Assembly: GCA_048270185.1 (NCBI GenBank)
Contig: JBLWTJ010000001.1
Location: 1,472,001 to 1,536,000, forward strand
Source of the DNA: Bacteriovoracaceae bacterium
GTDB taxonomy: Bacteria; Bdellovibrionota; Bacteriovoracia; Bacteriovoracales; Bacteriovoracaceae
DNA: 64,000 nucleotides
Reading direction: 5' to 3'
In this document: piece by piece, positions 49,362 through 58,386 of the stretch
How positions within the stretch are numbered: position 1 is the stretch's first letter
Layout: each line of letters begins with the position of its first letter
Notes under the pieces: generated by a model
Told to the model about the DNA's origin: nothing
Databases searched by the model: none
The model's input: the letters and a program-made list of their open reading frames with translations, nothing else
Made by a program: the position numbers and the translations under genes

Positions 49362-50451
49362 TTTTATCTACCTCAATGATTAGAATAGTTTGATCGTTTG
49401 GTAAGAACTCATCATCATTATATCTCTTTTTACTTTGAAATGTTAACTCACTAATGAACTCAACAGGTGATGCCCAATTTTTAGAGATAAATGATCGGTA
49501 TTCACTCCCATCAATCTCTTCTTTGTTATTCTTAAAGTAGCCCGGAGAAAGCATTAACATCCCTTCACCTTTTGTTAATTTAGCTTCTTGATAATTTAAT
49601 TCATAGTTAGCTGGAAAACTCTGATCATTACGAGAGATGATAACACCATCTTTGGCGATGATTTCATGTTGTCCGATATTTAGAACTTCCATCTTTAAGT
49701 CAGAAAGACTATTCTTTGCAATGAAAATTGAACTATCTCCAAACTCTTCAAATTCAGATTTATGCTCTTCAAGATCAGATGTAATTTTATCAAGACTCAG
49801 ATTCGTTTCTAATTTCCAATTCTCAATTAGTGTTAAGAAGTTTCCAACGATCATATATGATGATGCGTGAAGTGATATTACCCAAATATCTGGTCCTGCC
49901 TTAAAGAAGTCAAAGAATTCCCCACCGTTTGAAGTACCTGCACAAAAACGCGATGAAATTCCTACTCCACGTATTTTAGCACTTCGAAATGGAACCATCG
50001 TTTTGTGAAGCTCTTTGATATTTTCAACACGATCAACAAGTCCTTCCATAACGTTATTCATTTTATAAAGGAGTTTCTTTTGTAACTCGAGAGTTTTGAG
50101 ACTATCGAGAGCATTTTTAATATTTAAAAGGTTTTCATCCACACTCTTATCTGCGAAGAAAACGCCTAAGCATAATTCGTTATCTAAAAGTGAACGATCG
50201 ATTTCGTCACCTTCATTAAAAATAATTATAAAGTACTCACCTGCTTCAACGAAACTTGGTGATTTCGTAAAGGCGACTTGACTTACAGGTGAATCACCTG
50301 AATCTAGTTGATCATTTTCACTGATATTTGAATTCTCTAATAATTTAAGCAAATTATTTAACTTATCGACGGCAATTTTATCGATATTGGTCTCTATAAT
50401 TCGAATCTTCATAACTCTTCCTAAGTTCCTAATATTTAATAGGTATGACAC
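49342..50451 (-). CDS. SpoIIE/PP2C-fold protein with degenerate active site (start uncertain)
   Basis: GGEFFD, LNIGQ, LTKGEGMLMLSPG and NDQTILII occur in SpoIIE motif order after a coiled-coil linker. Confidence 0.7.
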   Translation of the reverse strand: MSYLLNIRNLGRVMKIRIIETNIDKIAVDKLNNLLKLLENSNISENDQLDSGDSPVSQVAFTKSPSFVEAGEYFIIIFNEGDEIDRSLLDNELCLGVFFADKSVDENLLNIKNALDSLKTLELQKKLLYKMNNVMEGLVDRVENIKELHKTMVPFRSAKIRGVGISSRFCAGTSNGGEFFDFFKAGPDIWVISLHASSYMIVGNFLTLIENWKLETNLSLDKITSDLEEHKSEFEEFGDSSIFIAKNSLSDLKMEVLNIGQHEIIAKDGVIISRNDQSFPANYELNYQEAKLTKGEGMLMLSPGYFKNNKEEIDGSEYRSFISKNWASPVEFISELTFQSKKRYNDDEFLPNDQTILIIEVDKNAISKI

Positions 50452-50523
50452 TAAAAATTGGCATCTGAAGAATTCATTTTAGCATATTAAGCGACCAATA
50501 TCATACAAATGGGACGATTAAAT

Positions 50524-50551
50524 TAAAGATTACTTAATAATATCCCGATGA
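50524..50551 (+). promoter_or_regulatory. Putative sigma-28-type promoter
   Basis: TAAAG-N15-CCCGATGA upstream of the HD-GYP gene. Confidence 0.55.
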
Positions 50552-50599
50552 ATTATTAGAATATGGGTAGAACCCGACTATAACACTAGGTCTTAATAG

Positions 50600-51400
50600 A
50601 TGAAGAAGAGCAAGATTGTAAATTTGGGAGAAAGACGCAAGAAGGCCAGTACGAGAAAAAGTACTGCAACAAAGGCGTCTAAGACGAAAGTAACAACGAA
50701 GGTAGTTAATGCTACTGACGATGACCCTACACAAATTTTAGAGCAAGAAAATTATGCGCTAAAGCTTGAGCAAAAAAAGATTTGCGAAATGGCCGCTCGT
50801 ACAATTCTTCACGCACTTGATTGCAAAGATCACTATACTTATGGTCACAGTACTCGTGTTGCCTATTTCAGTCTTACTCTTGGTAAAGAAATTGGACTTA
50901 ATGAAGATGAATTATATGACCTAGAATTATCTGCTCTTTTCCACGATATTGGAAAGATTGGTGTTCCAGATTCTGTTTTAAATAAACCATCACGTCTTAC
51001 GGAAGACGAGTTTGTTCAAATGAAAAGTCATCCAGAAAAGTCTTTTGAGATTCTTCAAGGATTTACTCATTTTGAAAAAGTTGCTACTTTTGCAAAGTAT
51101 CACCATGAAAGATGGGATGGACGCGGTTATCCAGACGGTCTTGCCGGAGAGGATATTCCACTCTTTTCAAGAATCATTCTAATTGCAGACACTTTTGATG
51201 CAATGACATCAACACGTGTTTATCGAAAGGGATTAGATTACGAAGTTGCTTACGAGGAACTTGAAGAATTCTCAGGAACTCAATTTGATCCAGACCTAGC
51301 AAAAGCATTTATTCGTGCGATGAAGAAAGAGGAAAGTAAACAAGAGAAAACTTTCACTCTTACTATTATCGACGGTCTTTTCAAAAAAGACGCAGCTTAA
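50600..51400 (+). CDS. HD-GYP cyclic-dinucleotide phosphodiesterase
   Basis: YTYGHSTRV, FHDIGKIG, HHERWDGRGYP, ADTFDAMTS.R.YR. Confidence 0.93.
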   Translation: MKKSKIVNLGERRKKASTRKSTATKASKTKVTTKVVNATDDDPTQILEQENYALKLEQKKICEMAARTILHALDCKDHYTYGHSTRVAYFSLTLGKEIGLNEDELYDLELSALFHDIGKIGVPDSVLNKPSRLTEDEFVQMKSHPEKSFEILQGFTHFEKVATFAKYHHERWDGRGYPDGLAGEDIPLFSRIILIADTFDAMTSTRVYRKGLDYEVAYEELEEFSGTQFDPDLAKAFIRAMKKEESKQEKTFTLTIIDGLFKKDAA

Positions 51401-52824
51401 TCACAATTTGGTGTCTCTGCTACAGTATTGATATTATACTTTTGTAGTGTTCGACAGTCATATTCTGAAGCTAGAATCTTTGAAGTAGCACATTCCTTAG
51501 GCTTTCCTTCTTGATTTGCCCATGCCATATTCTTTTCACAAGTTAGATATGACATACGATCGACACACGCCCAGTGCTTACCTTTACAATTATAGACTAG
51601 TCCACGACCAAACGAATTATAATCAGGGGCCGCAGTATATTCTAAAACCTGGTTAGCTTCATCTTTTTCTTTCTTATCTTCTTCTATTTTATCAACGATC
51701 TTACCAAGTTGAGCATCGAGAGAATCTTCACTACTTTCATCAGAATTATCTTCACCATTATTTTCCCCAGTCGGAGCAGGTGCAACGATCATTGGTTCAG
51801 AAACATTAGGTGTTTGTTCAACTTGATCTGCTTGTTCCCCTGTTTGATCGTTAGAAGAATCGTCTGCTGTTGACTCCTCTTGTGGTTGCGAGATTGTATT
51901 ATCTTGCGAAATATCTTTCTTCGGTTGATCTTCAACTTGGGGTTCAGCTACAGGAGCGGGTGCATTAGTCGCTTCAATAGAGGCCTCAGTTTTTGGCGTT
52001 ACTTCTGCTGCAGAAGTTGGCTCATCAGCTGCTTTAGCTTGAGTTTCAGCATTTTCCTCGGCCTTAGGTTTTTCAACAACCTTCTTCGGTTTATTTCTTT
52101 TAGGTCTCTTTCTCTTTACTGGAGGTACTTCTGGTACTTCATTGGTATCATCAGTTAATAAGAATTGATCTGCGGCCAGCCCTAGAACAGCAACGACTAG
52201 GACAATCTTAATTAATTTACTCTTATCATTCTTTGACTTAGACTTGCCTTTTCCATCTTCGTCTTCGTCGTCTTCATCATCTTCATCGTCTTCATCGTCT
52301 TCATCATCTTCTTCATCAGATGACTTTTTCTTTTTCATAAATTTAGCTAAGAATGGAAGTTGTTTTTCGAGGAAGCTTTTCTCGCCATCATTTTCATCTT
52401 CATCTTCTTCATCTTCTTCATCTTCTTCATCTTCTTCATCTTCTTCATCATCATTTGAAGATTTCTTTTTCTTACCTAAGAGCTTAGCGAGGAAAGGGAG
52501 TTGTTTTTCGAGAAAGCCACCTTCTTCGTCTTCGTCTTCGTCTTCATCTTCATCTTCGTCTTCGTCTTCGTCTTCGTCTTCGTCTTCTATATCTTCATTG
52601 GCTTCAGAAAATTCTTCTTCATCGTCAAGAATGTCTTCATCAGTTGGGATACCTTTAATTAGTTCATCACTACCTGGAATTTTAACGTCAGTTGATGTGG
52701 CCTCATCAAAATCTGATTCATCCTCTGATTCAAGATCTTCTTCAAACTCTTCAAGAAGTTCGTCATCTTTCTCAGAGTCGCTAAGCTTTCCCTTCATCTT
52801 GTCAAAAAAACCTTTTTTGGCCAC
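51397..52824 (-). CDS. Single-pass membrane protein with acidic low-complexity N-terminus and Cys-rich C-domain
   Basis: GTG start with AGGAGA SD; D/E tracts; TM IVLVVAVLGLAA; C-domain GRGLVYNCKGKHWACVD. Confidence 0.85.
   Translation of the reverse strand: MAKKGFFDKMKGKLSDSEKDDELLEEFEEDLESEDESDFDEATSTDVKIPGSDELIKGIPTDEDILDDEEEFSEANEDIEDEDEDEDEDEDEDEDEDEDEEGGFLEKQLPFLAKLLGKKKKSSNDDEEDEEDEEDEEDEEDEDENDGEKSFLEKQLPFLAKFMKKKKSSDEEDDEDDEDDEDDEDDEDEDGKGKSKSKNDKSKLIKIVLVVAVLGLAADQFLLTDDTNEVPEVPPVKRKRPKRNKPKKVVEKPKAEENAETQAKAADEPTSAAEVTPKTEASIEATNAPAPVAEPQVEDQPKKDISQDNTISQPQEESTADDSSNDQTGEQADQVEQTPNVSEPMIVAPAPTGENNGEDNSDESSEDSLDAQLGKIVDKIEEDKKEKDEANQVLEYTAAPDYNSFGRGLVYNCKGKHWACVDRMSYLTCEKNMAWANQEGKPKECATSKILASEYDCRTLQKYNINTVAETPNCD
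52255..52587. repeat. Coding simple repeats (TCTTCA/TCTTCG/TCTTCTTCA) and a duplicated FLEKQLPFLAK segment
   Basis: Three microsatellite-like blocks encoding D/E tracts, separated by two similar ~33-nt blocks. Confidence 0.85.
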
Positions 52825-52921
52825 GTAAATTCTCCTAATTCTAAACCAAAGAACTCTTTCATTTTACTGTATATTTGAAAATCTTAAAGGAATATTATCT
52901 ATTTACGAACTTAACCTAGTT

Positions 52922-53809
52922 TCACGCTCGGTTATAGAAGCATATATTACGAACAAAATCAGGAGAAAGGATAATGGAATCATCTCTTAATTTGTCACGA
53001 TCTCCAAAGTGTAGACTTCCCTTTCCCAGAATTTCAGTTACTGACTTGATGATACTTCCCATTGTACGACGGTAATTAATCTCTACGAGAGGACAGATTT
53101 TTCTCTCACCTATTTCGTCTAAATAAATCATATTATCAAATTGAATAACTTCGGCCTCAGGTGCATGAATATTAAGCTCATTAATTATGGCCTCTAAGTC
53201 AAATACAGGCGTTAGCTCACTGATATTAATAAGGCTTCCTCCTTTGAAAGCTCCTTTTTTATCTGTGATATTTTCAACGATAAAATATTCATTAGTTTTA
53301 AGATTATATGTGACACCAAATGTTTGTAGCACTTGAACATATTGAGACTGAACACCAGGGAATTTAAGCTTCTTAAAGTCGCTTTGAGAATTGAGAATAT
53401 GATTACTAATTCCGGAAAATCCTTGATCAGCGCGATAATAAGAAGGAAACCGATCCTCAAGATCATTTCTCGATTCAATAATTTTATCTCCAAGAGGTTT
53501 ATGCCAAGAGGCTAACCAGCATTTAGAGTTTAATTTTCTTGCTTCTTCAAAATTAGATAAGCTCCCCCACCAATTTTTATAATTTGTTTGATCACTACTA
53601 AGTGATGCAATGGTAAAGCCAAAACTTCTTAGATGGTTTAGATATTTTTCACTATAGTGATTTGTTGTATATAAAACTGCATCGTTGTCACGATTTGCAA
53701 GAAAGAAGATATACTCGAGCTCATTTAAGAATTTACTATTTTGATAACTAGGATCGTTGTGACTTAATGCCGAATCGAAGTCGAGGTTAACTCGGAATTT
53801 CACTTCCAT
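52922..53809 (-). CDS. Hypothetical protein with ATP-grasp-like motifs
   Basis: LNSK, RADQGFSG and VEINYRRTMG in ATP-grasp order; start overlaps the DUF455 stop. Confidence 0.6.
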   Translation of the reverse strand: MEVKFRVNLDFDSALSHNDPSYQNSKFLNELEYIFFLANRDNDAVLYTTNHYSEKYLNHLRSFGFTIASLSSDQTNYKNWWGSLSNFEEARKLNSKCWLASWHKPLGDKIIESRNDLEDRFPSYYRADQGFSGISNHILNSQSDFKKLKFPGVQSQYVQVLQTFGVTYNLKTNEYFIVENITDKKGAFKGGSLINISELTPVFDLEAIINELNIHAPEAEVIQFDNMIYLDEIGERKICPLVEINYRRTMGSIIKSVTEILGKGSLHFGDRDKLRDDSIILSPDFVRNICFYNRA

Positions 53810-54627
53810 TCCTTGCGTTGAGTAACAATGAAACCATCTTGGAAGTTCTTAATCTTATCAATAAAATCTTCATCCATGCCGGTTCTAACTCGTCCTTCAT
53901 GATCAAAGACCATCCCCTTAGCGCGGGCAGGTGAAAGTAAATCAGGTAATGACTGAACGTAAAAGTCCCAAAGGGATTTGTCATTTCGCCAACGGTTTAA
54001 CCAATGAATACCAAATCCTACGTGAGAGATTTCATCTTCATAGACTACGTTTAAGATTGCTGCTGATTTTTTATCATCAACTCCTGCAAAGATATCTCGG
54101 TAGAATTTTGCAAAATCGAGATTTGCAGCTTCAAAAGTTAAGGCCATAACAGCAAAGTATTCTTCAAAGCTTGTGATCTTTTGCATTTGTCGCCAGAAGA
54201 AATCATTTACCGGTAAATCACCAAAATCAATGGCGAAATCATTCATACGAGAACGGTATAATTTAAAGTGTTTAATCTCGTCGTCAATTGTACTCAAAAG
54301 ACCGGTGGCAATACGCTTATATTGAGCCTTATCTTCTATCGGAATATACATGAGGGCCGTTGCCATCATCTCAATTGCAAGTAGTTCATGATTTGCAAAG
54401 AAATGCAGAGCCATGGCCTTCTTCTCATCGAGATGAAAGCTTCCTCGTTTTGGAAATTTAGCTTGTTGATCAGAGAAGGCTATTTTCTTGTCGCGAGCAG
54501 GTCGAAGATCGGCGATACCGTCACTCAATTTATGAAAGTTTAAGTCATCAACAATACTTGAATCCGTTAACTTGTCTTCAAGATATGGTGATTCCAGAAG
54601 TAGTTTAGCGTACTCGTAGGCATTCAT
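53800..54627 (-). CDS. DUF455 ferritin-like protein
   Basis: RPAR, LHFFANHELLAIE, DEIKHF, FEAANLD, DEISHV (paired ExxH). Confidence 0.85.
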   Translation of the reverse strand: MNAYEYAKLLLESPYLEDKLTDSSIVDDLNFHKLSDGIADLRPARDKKIAFSDQQAKFPKRGSFHLDEKKAMALHFFANHELLAIEMMATALMYIPIEDKAQYKRIATGLLSTIDDEIKHFKLYRSRMNDFAIDFGDLPVNDFFWRQMQKITSFEEYFAVMALTFEAANLDFAKFYRDIFAGVDDKKSAAILNVVYEDEISHVGFGIHWLNRWRNDKSLWDFYVQSLPDLLSPARAKGMVFDHEGRVRTGMDEDFIDKIKNFQDGFIVTQRKEWK

Positions 54628-57293
54628 CGTTTCGTCGTCGTATTCTTTCTCTTACGGCTAACATTTCTCTTCTTGCCAGCTTTACCTTGCCCAAGACTTG
54701 GTTTCCCTTTGAAGTTTCGGCCTGTACTTCGACTTCCACCTTTACTTCGGTTTCCACCTGCGCGTCTTGGTGCGCCTGGCTTGCGACGATTTGCCTTACG
54801 TTTTTCAAAACATTCTTCACAAATTGGAAAACGTGAATCATCTGGCAGTTTCACACTACAAGAAGAGCAGCGAGCAACAATTTTTTGAGAGAGAAGCTCA
54901 TTAAGTTGATCAATTGCTAATTGTTTATTATTAAGAAGTTCTGTTTCTGAATAAACAAAGTTCTTATTATTAAAATGTCTTGAAAGCCATTGATATAGCT
55001 CCACACACTTAATTGAAGTTTCAAGATAATCAATATCAGCTGAGCTATACTCAATTGGCTCACATGGAATACCTTCCATATTAACGTACTTATGAAGTAT
55101 CCAATTATAAAACTGAACATGATCCATAAGTCCTAAGTTTACTGGAGCACATGCAAAACCAAAAATCTCAGCATCTGTAAGTGTTCCATTAGCATCAGCA
55201 TCTTCCACCATTTCAGCTAACTCGATCATCTCTTTCATATCCACACAGAAGAATGGGTCTTGGAAAGTCATCGTGTTAAAAAGTCTTAAGAATTCTGAAA
55301 GCTTAAGTTTTGGTAGGTTATTATCGAGTAAAGCCTTATTAACTTGATTGAAGATATCCAAGTCAGGCCCGACCATACACTGCTCACTTTGTTCAAGTGT
55401 CGCATTTAAGGCCTCTTTGATATTTTCAATACCATCTTCTACTCTTCTAAGACAAGTAACAGCACCTTTTGGGAAGCGCTGATAGCGACCAGCTCGACCT
55501 CCAATCTGCTTGATTTCACTCACACTGATATCGTGTTGTTGGCCATCGAAGAATTTTGAAAGAGTTGAAAAGACAACTCGTTTAATTGGTAGGTTCATTC
55601 CCATTGCAATGGCATCTGTTGAAACGATGACATCTGTTTCACCTTGATCAAATTTACGGGCCTGTTCACGTCTAACTTCAGGAGAGAGACGGCCATAGAC
55701 GATGGAAACCTTGTAACCTAATCGCTCAAGGTCACGTTTATGTCTTAAAGCATTCTTACGTGAAAAGACGATTAGAGCATCATTCTTTTGCATATCGGCC
55801 ATTACAATTGGATTTTGTTCAACGTAGAGCTCTGTCATACGAGTGTACTCATTAATAATGAGTTCATCACCACAAAGTTCCACAATGTTACGAACAAGAT
55901 CAAGAGCTGAAGCATCACCACATAGGTGAACTTCATCCGCCATAATATTTACTAAGGCACGAGTCCAGGCCCAACCACGTGATGGATCTGTAATCATCTG
56001 AATTTCATCAATAACACAACAATCGAAAACTTCTTGCAAGCGTGCCATCTCAATCGTCGATGAGTAGTGTGTTGCCCCTTCTCTTTCAATTACTTCCTCT
56101 CCAGTAAGTAGCGTTGTAACAGCTCCTTTCGAGTTAAGAGTATCGTAGAGTTCAGCCGCAAGAAGTCTTAGGGGAGCAAGGTAGCATCCCTTAGGTACAC
56201 TAGCGAGCTTCTGGATTGCATGATATGTCTTTCCTGAGTTCGTCGGTCCCATGTGGTAGACAATCTTTCTCTTCATTTGTCTAGCAGCAGAGTGAGTCCA
56301 AAACTCTCCAAGATATTCTTGAAGAATTGTTGAAGAGACGTCTTTCTTTTTAAGAATGATAATTGATTTAACAAATTTTTTAAATTCACGCTCTAGGAAT
56401 CTTTCATTTCTCCAATAGTGAATTGAAAGAGAGCGGTAAAATTTTGCATATTCATCTTCTGTAACAAGATCAGTACTTAATTCATGTGCTTCGAGGTATT
56501 GATCGAAGAGATAGTTAACATTTCTTCGATGGAGTTTTGCTAACTCTGATGGATATGAAAACTCCGTTTTAAAGTACTGCTTAACTTGATTCTCTAAGCG
56601 ATTAAGTGAAGACCTCTTAATCGTATTTCTTAATTTATAGAAATTCTTATCCAGCGTTTTTTGTAATTTAAAAACAATATCTGATACAACATGAATACCA
56701 GAATCAATTTCATTTTTGATTCTTTCTTTTGCATCATCAATTATTTCAACACAGTCTTCATAAACAGCATCACGAAGAAGAGCACGGAAATCATTAATAC
56801 ATTTGATACACTGACACTTCAGTTCCATGATCTTATGTTGAGTTAAATCAATATCTGATCGAATAAAGGTTTGAGTCTCATTGTGATTATTTAAAGTCTT
56901 TTGTCCCCACTCATAGAAACTCTTCTCATGAATCCCCAGAATATTCTGAGAAAGACCTCCATCTTGTCCAAAGAAGATGGCCTCTTTTTCAGGAATCAGA
57001 CAATCATCAATGAAGATAAGATCAAGAATATTTTCTTGCTTAATTAACAAGTTAAAATTCGTGAAATCATTATTAAAGAAATAAACTAAAGATGGGTTCT
57101 CATCAAAGATCTTCCATAAAGGTGTCAATATTCGATCGAGGAAATCAAGAACGATAACCGCATCATCACTTGCCCTTACATAGCTATCATCGTCAGAAAA
57201 ATTATTGACTTTAATGATCGTTTTACGTTCGTTTTGAATATTATCTCTGATTGCTGAGAAGTCTGGTAACTTATTTATTTCTTGAGAGCTCAT
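54624..57293 (-). CDS. Suv3-like SF2 RNA helicase
   Basis: GPTNSGKT, PLRLLA, DEIQM, RGWAWTRAL, DAIAMGMNL, QIGGRAGR; C-terminal CxxC..CxxC and basic tail. Confidence 0.9.
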   Translation of the reverse strand: MSSQEINKLPDFSAIRDNIQNERKTIIKVNNFSDDDSYVRASDDAVIVLDFLDRILTPLWKIFDENPSLVYFFNNDFTNFNLLIKQENILDLIFIDDCLIPEKEAIFFGQDGGLSQNILGIHEKSFYEWGQKTLNNHNETQTFIRSDIDLTQHKIMELKCQCIKCINDFRALLRDAVYEDCVEIIDDAKERIKNEIDSGIHVVSDIVFKLQKTLDKNFYKLRNTIKRSSLNRLENQVKQYFKTEFSYPSELAKLHRRNVNYLFDQYLEAHELSTDLVTEDEYAKFYRSLSIHYWRNERFLEREFKKFVKSIIILKKKDVSSTILQEYLGEFWTHSAARQMKRKIVYHMGPTNSGKTYHAIQKLASVPKGCYLAPLRLLAAELYDTLNSKGAVTTLLTGEEVIEREGATHYSSTIEMARLQEVFDCCVIDEIQMITDPSRGWAWTRALVNIMADEVHLCGDASALDLVRNIVELCGDELIINEYTRMTELYVEQNPIVMADMQKNDALIVFSRKNALRHKRDLERLGYKVSIVYGRLSPEVRREQARKFDQGETDVIVSTDAIAMGMNLPIKRVVFSTLSKFFDGQQHDISVSEIKQIGGRAGRYQRFPKGAVTCLRRVEDGIENIKEALNATLEQSEQCMVGPDLDIFNQVNKALLDNNLPKLKLSEFLRLFNTMTFQDPFFCVDMKEMIELAEMVEDADANGTLTDAEIFGFACAPVNLGLMDHVQFYNWILHKYVNMEGIPCEPIEYSSADIDYLETSIKCVELYQWLSRHFNNKNFVYSETELLNNKQLAIDQLNELLSQKIVARCSSCSVKLPDDSRFPICEECFEKRKANRRKPGAPRRAGGNRSKGGSRSTGRNFKGKPSLGQGKAGKKRNVSRKRKNTTTKR

Positions 57294-57400
57294 ACTTTAA
57301 AGATACGTTGCGGGAAGAATATGTGCAAGCAATCTTAGGTGTTAAATACAAAAAAATACATTATAATCTAGCTATTAATAAATTAAAAAATGGACTAGAT

Positions 57401-58381
57401 ATGAAAACATGGCTTACAGAGACTTTTAACCTAAAATACCCAATTATCATGGCCCCAATGTTCCTTGTATCGAGCGTTGATATGCTCGTTGAAGCATCTA
57501 AGGCAGGAATTATGGGTTGTATCCCTGCTCTAAATTGGAGAACTCCTGAAGAGTTTGAAAAAGGTTTAATAGAGTTAAAAGAAAGATGTGAAGGAGCATG
57601 GGGAATCAATATCATTGTAAACCAGTCAAATATCCATATGCACAAACAAATTGATCTATGTGCTAAGTATGCACCTGACTTCATTATCACTTCCCTTGGT
57701 AACCCAAAAGAAGTAATCGAAAAGTGTCGACCGCAAGGAACAAAAGTAATATGTGACGTAGTTGATCTTAAATATGCACAAAAAGTACAAGATCAAGGAG
57801 CTGATGCAGTTATCGCAGTAAACTCAGGAGCAGGTGGACACGCTGGCCCAACTCCAGCAAGTATTCTTGTCCCACTTTTAAAGAAGCATCTTAATATTCC
57901 AGTAATCTCAGCAGGTGGTGTTGCCACTGGCGCAGGTCTCTTCAGTGTACTTGCCCTTGGCTGTGAAGGGGTCTCAATTGGCTCACCTTTTATTGCAACA
58001 AAAGAATCAATTGTCTCTGATGCTTACAAACAGGCCGTCGTTGATTACGGGGCCAAAGATATTGTCTTTTCAAATAAAATCTCTGGGACACCTTGTACAG
58101 TAATCAATACTCCATATGTTCAAAAGATAGGAACAGATCAAAACATTATTGAAAAGGCCATGAGTAAGAATAAGAAGCTTAAGAAGTATGCAAAAATGCT
58201 AACTGGCTATAAAGGAATGAAAGCTGTAGAAAACGCAGCCTTTGGAGCGACTTATAAGACAGTATGGGTTGCCGGTCCTTCAATTGAATTTATCGAAAAA
58301 ATTGAAACAGTTAAGGAAATCGTTGAAAGAATTGTCGCTGACTTTGAAACTTCAATCGATGAGTTCTTAGCTAAAAGATAA
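57401..58381 (+). CDS. Nitronate monooxygenase / FabK-like flavoprotein
   Basis: YPIIMAPM, GAGGHAG, PVISAGG, GSPFIATKES; ATG 57401 avoids overlap with the divergent helicase. Confidence 0.9.
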   Translation: MKTWLTETFNLKYPIIMAPMFLVSSVDMLVEASKAGIMGCIPALNWRTPEEFEKGLIELKERCEGAWGINIIVNQSNIHMHKQIDLCAKYAPDFIITSLGNPKEVIEKCRPQGTKVICDVVDLKYAQKVQDQGADAVIAVNSGAGGHAGPTPASILVPLLKKHLNIPVISAGGVATGAGLFSVLALGCEGVSIGSPFIATKESIVSDAYKQAVVDYGAKDIVFSNKISGTPCTVINTPYVQKIGTDQNIIEKAMSKNKKLKKYAKMLTGYKGMKAVENAAFGATYKTVWVAGPSIEFIEKIETVKEIVERIVADFETSIDEFLAKR

Positions 58382-58386
58382 TTTAG

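Noticed and set aside
52244..52828. 194-aa poly-Ser ORF on the + strand
   Set aside because: It is the antisense shadow of the D/E tracts in the 51397-52824 gene, which has a good SD, a TM helix and a folded C-domain
57251..57400. 50-aa N-terminal extension of the nitronate monooxygenase ORF
   Set aside because: It overlaps the divergent helicase start, and family similarity begins at ATG 57401
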